A stretch of 19,149 bases of DNA, taken from NCBI GenBank assembly GCA_002269645.1, contig NIVC01005237.1:1-19149 (forward strand), read 5' to 3'. This DNA comes from Macrostomum lignano. Taxonomy: Eukaryota. Below are positions 17,167-19,149 of the stretch, piece after piece. The position numbers were made by a program, and so were the translations under genes. The notes below the pieces were generated by a model. It was not told where the DNA came from and made no database searches. It worked only from the letters and a program-made list of their open reading frames with translations. How positions within the stretch are numbered: the first letter of the stretch is position 1; every line of letters begins with the position of its first letter.

Positions 17167-17756
17167 CCTGGGGAAGCTCTCTGTCCCTCCGTGTGACTCA
17201 CACTCCCTCTCTGTCCACGCCGCGTGCTGCGACATGCCGGGCAGCGCAGGGTGCCTCCACGCACTCTCTGTCCCAGCACCCCGTGTCTCTTTGTACCCCA
17301 CCTCATACTGCTACAGGGGCCGCCTGTTATCTGTCCCTGCTACAGGGGGATGGCGGCTCTCCACGCACTACCCCTCCTGCTACAGGGGCTGCTCTCTGTC
17401 CCCCGCATGGGGGGCCGGTTGCTCAGTGTACAGGGCTGCGTCAGCATCGGGGGTTTCCTTCCTACACTAACCGCGTGCACACGACATTGGTGGGAGGGGC
17501 GGGAATCCCCCCGCCGGATGTACACCCCGAGGGAGGCCCATGCGCTGAAGGTACACTCGCTGGACGCCCAGCCGGCCGGATGTACACTCGCGGAGGCCCA
17601 CCCCGCTGGAGGTACACTCGCTGGACACCCACCCCGCTGGAGGTACACCCCGGGGGAGGTGGTACACCCCGAGGGAGCACCTTGCCGCGGTGCTAGAGGC
17701 CGACATCAGCCCGACGGACCTTCGCAAAATCGAGCCATCTGCCAGTCCTTAGTAGT
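17167..17756 (-). repeat. Right terminal inverted repeat (~590 bp)
   Basis: Ends CCAGTCCTTAGTAGT; reverse complement of 7299-7892. Confidence 0.95.
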
Positions 17757-17762
17757 CATGTT
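17757..17762 (+). repeat. Right 6-bp target-site duplication CATGTT
   Basis: Identical to 7293-7298. Confidence 0.93.
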
Positions 17763-18549
17763 TTAGGACTCGGAAAAGTCTTCCGGTCCAGATGCTAGGC
17801 TAGAGAAGTCCATGTCTAAAAAACTCAATTACGCTCGTATTTCTGGCTTTCAATCACATAGACAAAACAACAAACGTATATTTAACACAAGTGTGAATGC
17901 ATAGCCCGTCAATTATAGTTAATACAGTGACAGATAGAATTAATTAATTACAAGACCTTAAGTATTATAAATTACAAGTATAACTATCAAAGCTACAGTT
18001 GGCAAACATCGGCTAACGAACAGCTGTACTTACGCTCGTATATTTCAAATGTTTGTTCTGTTACTGCAAAGGCTACTGTGCTACTGTTTGATGGAGTAAT
18101 CGCCGAAGCATCTTCCGAACTGTTCGATAGTGTACTTAGCAAAAGTATCCAGCTTGGTCATTCAGAACTTCCAAGCTCATCTCATTCGATATGTCCTGGT
18201 AAATAATTGGAGTCCGCGACATTTTAGCTCAAAACTTGTACCTCTTTTATAGCACAGAGACAAAAATTCGACAAAAATTGATGCTTTCATTTGGAATACA
18301 AGGAAGTCGTCCCTATGATATTAAAATTCATGCAGAAATGATTAGGAAAACAATCGTCAAACACAACAAAGCCTGAAACCAAACATCTACTTCATTTTAA
18401 AACAGTAAAAGTCAGGACGATAGACAATGTTTCAGTTATCTTCAGACGTTTAACAAATGTCACTGTACTTTATTAGTGCAGGTTTTTTTCCGGTTTAATC
18501 TGGTTTTGCATATTAGCGATGCGGAAAAAGCTCCATTTAGATCGGACTT

Positions 18550-18651
18550 CTAAGGCAGCACAGAAGCGGGGAAGCCGAGCACCTCGTCTTCGCACAGGCT
18601 GAAAGCCACACCAGCAAGCGACTGATGAGGCGAACCCGACTGCCGTAGCCG
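18550..18651 (-). pseudogene. Truncated third copy: 3' end of the F-type lectin exon
   Basis: Aligns to 4788-4890 (GYGSRVRL..FSLCE..LGF..LP*) with substitutions and an indel. Similarity stops abruptly at ~18651. Confidence 0.85.
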
Positions 18652-18968
18652 ACGCAAGTATTCACTGACAAAGCCTGCTTAAAAAATACGTGACAGTGGA
18701 CTACAATACTATATAATGATATATGTAGTATTGTATGATACTATATAATGAGTCAGTTTTTAGACTCAAATTCTCCTCTAGCTTTAAAAACTGCTAAAAC
18801 TTCTGCACCACTCCTGAGTGCTACTCCGTTGAGCTGCCTATAGGAAAGCAGGGTCGCAACATGCACAGCGCGCCTCTCCTGCCATTACCATGATCAATAG
18901 GCCGCAGCCCTCCTCTCCAATTTGATTGTCAGAAGCAAATGGCATTCTTATTGCAGCAACTTTGGCAT

Positions 18969-19149
18969 CCCTGGTGCTGGCGCCCTGGTGCTGGGGCCCT
19001 GGTGCTGGCGCCCTGGTGCTGGCCCCTGGTGCTGGCGCCCCTGGTGCTGGCGCCCCTGGTGCTGGCGCCCCTGGTGCTGGCGCCCCTGGTGCTGGCGCCC
19101 CTGGTGCTAAAGGGCCCTGGTGCTAAAGGCCCTGGTGCTAAAGCCCCTG
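18969..19149. repeat. GC-rich minisatellite, 14-15 bp unit (C)CCCTGGTGCTGGCG, ~12 copies, running off the window
   Basis: Direct tandem copies; the last units vary (CCCTGGTGCTAAAGG). Confidence 0.95.

Larger units (their letters stand above)
7299..17756 (-). mobile_element. Polinton/Maverick-type (adintovirus-like) endogenous virus, 10,458 bp, lacking pPolB
   Basis: ~590-bp TIRs, 6-bp TSD, RVE integrase, packaging ATPase, adenain-like protease, major and minor capsid genes. The interior is fully tiled by minus-strand ORFs. Confidence 0.95.

Overview
Eukaryotic, intron-containing genomic DNA, probably from an invertebrate animal; the host cannot be named from sequence alone. Positions 7299-17756 (10,458 bp) hold a precisely bounded Polinton/Maverick (adintovirus-type) endogenous virus. 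It has ~590-bp terminal inverted repeats (5'-ACTACT...AGTAGT-3') and a 6-bp target-site duplication (CATGTT). All genes are on the minus strand: Fic-domain protein, PC4-like protein, an orphan, SSB-like protein, TBP-like protein, pX-like protein, a conserved hypothetical, a small MG/Cys-rich uORF, RVE integrase with chromodomain, penton, pVI/cupiennin-like protein, major capsid protein, adenain-like protease and packaging ATPase. It has NO protein-primed DNA polymerase or helicase and no room for one. It does encode a TATA-binding-protein-like fold, and an identical TATAAATA 8-mer occurs seven times, six of them 31-49 nt upstream of a start codon. The flanks are a cluster of two-exon signal-peptide + PAN/apple + F-type (fucose) lectin genes: two convergent damaged copies and a third fragment, plus simple repeats. 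All family assignments are by-eye motif recognition, not database searches.
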